A stretch of 64,000 bases of DNA from Gemmatimonadales bacterium (GTDB taxonomy: Bacteria > Gemmatimonadota > Gemmatimonadetes > Gemmatimonadales > GWC2-71-9), in NCBI GenBank assembly GCA_035505915.1, contig DATJQI010000057.1, positions 11,774 to 75,773 of the forward strand, read 5' to 3'. Under the pieces are notes generated by a model. That model saw only the letters and a program-made list of their open reading frames with translations, searched no databases and had not been told where the DNA came from. This document shows, piece after piece, positions 62,546 through 64,000 of this stretch (positions are counted from its first letter, which is position 1; each line of letters begins with the position of its first letter). The position numbers and the translations under genes are program-made.

Positions 62546-62594
62546 CCCCGGAGCGTCTCGGATCACTCCCGCCATCATCGAGACGCTCCCGGGG
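62546..62594 (+). terminator. Long hairpin downstream of the poly-Lys gene
   Basis: CCCCGGAGCGTCTCG (62546-62560) pairs with CGAGACGCTCCCGGGG (62579-62594) with one bulged C and an 18-nt loop. No U-tract. Confidence 0.4.
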
Positions 62595-62619
62595 AACCAC
62601 ACCTGAACGAGAGGCCCTC

Positions 62620-63072
62620 GTGCGACGTCTGACCGGTTCGATTCTTCTGCTTGCCGCCGCCTGCACCTCAGCCCCTCCGCCCGCCGGTGACCCCGGGGCC
62701 GAGATCACGGCGATGCTCACGCGGTCGGCGGCGAGCTGGAACCACGGCGACCTCGCGGGCTTCATGGGTGACTACGCGCACGACTCGCTGACGTCGTACC
62801 TCTCCGGCGCGCACTTCATCCACGGCTGGCAGCCGCTCTTCGACCGCTACCAGGCCGCGTACTTCGCACCCGGGAAGCACCGGGACTCGCTCACGTTCGA
62901 CGAAGTGCGGGTGCGATCCCTGGCGCCGGGAGTCGCGTTCGCCACGGCCCGGTTCGCCCTGCATCGCGGCGACTCCCTGACCGCGAGCGGCCCCTTCACG
63001 CTGATCCTGACCAAGGACGGGGACCGCTGGCACATCGTCCACGACCACACCTCATCGGACCCCAAACCGTGA
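62620..63072 (+). CDS. SnoaL/DUF4440-like (NTF2-fold) lipoprotein
   Basis: GTG start. (M)RRLTGSILLLAAAC lipobox. WNHGDLAGFMGDY... is typical of NTF2-like proteins. Confidence 0.6.
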   Translation: MRRLTGSILLLAAACTSAPPPAGDPGAEITAMLTRSAASWNHGDLAGFMGDYAHDSLTSYLSGAHFIHGWQPLFDRYQAAYFAPGKHRDSLTFDEVRVRSLAPGVAFATARFALHRGDSLTASGPFTLILTKDGDRWHIVHDHTSSDPKP

Positions 63073-64000
63073 CCCGTGTCTCCGTCTACGCCCTCCTGCT
63101 GCTCGCCGCCGCCGGTTGCCAGGCCCCGGGCAAGGGCATGATCGCCCTCGAGGGCGCCACACTGATCGACGGATCCGGGGGCCCGCCCGTGAAGGACGCG
63201 CTCATCCTGATCCGGAACGGCCGGATCGAAGCGGTCAGTCAGGTGAATGAGATCCACGTGCCCCGCGGAGCCCAGCGGATCAGCCTGATCGGCAAGACCA
63301 TCATCCCGGGCCTCGTGGACGCGCACGCGCGCGCCGCCCGCTGGGCCATGGGGCGCTACGTGGCGTGGGGGGTGACCGCCATCCGCGACGTCGGGGACGC
63401 CCCGGAAGACACGCTCGTCGCCCTCCGCACCGACGTGGGACTGGGCGGGACGTTCGGCCCGCGGATGTTCTCGCCGGGGTCGGCGCTCGACGGCGCGCCG
63501 GCGTCCCGGCCCGGCTGGGTCGCCTGCGCCACACCGGACGACGCGCGGAAAGCCGTGGACGCCCGGGTGAACGCGGGGCTCGACTATCTCATGGCGGCTC
63601 CGGGCATCACACCGGCCCTGCTCCGCCCGCTCATGGACGAAGCGTCTTCCCTGCACACTCCGGTCGCGGTCACCCCGGGCCGCGTCGACGCGCTCAGCGC
63701 GGCCCGCGCGGGCGCCGCGGTGCTCGACCAGCTGGCCGGGATCGTGCCGTCGGCCGCCCGCAACCCCGCTCCGTACCTCCGGGCGTACGAGCAGATCTGG
63801 GCGGGCTGGGCCGAAGAGGAGAAAGGCTGGGCGACCCTCGACTCCGCGCAGGTATCGTCGATCGCGCGCACGCTCGCCGCGCTGCACGTGGCCATCGTAC
63901 CGACCTTGGCCTCCCACGACGCGCTGGCCCGGCTGGGGGACACGACGCTCACGTCGGGTCCCGCCTGGAGCGACGTCCCGCCCGACGCGGTCGGAGTCCG
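63069..64000 (+). CDS. Amidohydrolase-superfamily lipoprotein, N-terminal part (3' end outside window)
   Basis: Not in the ORF track because it runs off the window. GTG 63069 sits in a GTGA overlap. (M)TRVSVYALLLLAAAGC lipobox. GATLIDGSGGPP...ILIRNGRIEAV...GKTIIPGLVDAHARA. Confidence 0.7.
   Translation, partial: MTRVSVYALLLLAAAGCQAPGKGMIALEGATLIDGSGGPPVKDALILIRNGRIEAVSQVNEIHVPRGAQRISLIGKTIIPGLVDAHARAARWAMGRYVAWGVTAIRDVGDAPEDTLVALRTDVGLGGTFGPRMFSPGSALDGAPASRPGWVACATPDDARKAVDARVNAGLDYLMAAPGITPALLRPLMDEASSLHTPVAVTPGRVDALSAARAGAAVLDQLAGIVPSAARNPAPYLRAYEQIWAGWAEEEKGWATLDSAQVSSIARTLAALHVAIVPTLASHDALARLGDTTLTSGPAWSDVPPDAVGV

Noticed and set aside
1-64000. A search for mobile elements, prophage genes, toxin-antitoxin pairs, restriction-modification or other defence systems, tRNA/rRNA genes and CRISPR arrays.
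   Set aside because: No integrase, transposase, recombinase, phage structural, nuclease/methylase or cas-like translations were seen in any frame. Intergenic regions are all shorter than 190 bp and show no tRNA-like cloverleaf candidates. The window looks like core chromosome rather than an island.

Overview
High-GC (about 70%) chromosomal segment from a diderm bacterium, shown by a TonB-dependent receptor, an Omp85 barrel and lipoproteins. The gene content looks Gemmatimonadota-like, but I cannot confirm taxonomy without a database search. I support about 60 protein-coding genes. I found no rRNA, tRNA, CRISPR array, transposase, integrase, prophage or recognisable defence genes. Coding density is very high. 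At least 13 same-strand junctions are 4-nt start/stop overlaps (ATGA, GTGA and one CTGA). Four convergent gene pairs share both stop codons inside a single CTAG. Two long same-strand arrays dominate the right half: 32091-41410 (serA, aminotransferase, nicotinamidase, arg genes, fabI, NAPRTase, GT2) and 48130-58641 (gyrA through a dienelactone hydrolase). Recognisable housekeeping genes are fabH, leuS, argC/B/D, fabI, gyrA and serA. The most system-like candidate is a translationally coupled Hpt-receiver / HEAT-repeat membrane protein / processive GT2 synthase cassette (12341-15605). Other points worth follow-up: (1) several exported proteins whose signal peptides are only encoded if translation starts at CTG, one of them in a CTGA overlap; (2) a 4 x 8-bp CTAG-containing tandem repeat; (3) a nitrilase operon with tandem membrane-anchored TPR-like paralogs; (4) an HcrCAB-ordered molybdoenzyme with a Cys-rich insertion in the FAD subunit; (5) an ECF sigma / anti-sigma / protease-less double-PDZ module; (6) an S41-like protein that appears to lack its catalytic Ser; (7) a small poly-lysine protein. 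All functional calls rest on motif recognition from the translations. No BLAST or HMM search was possible.
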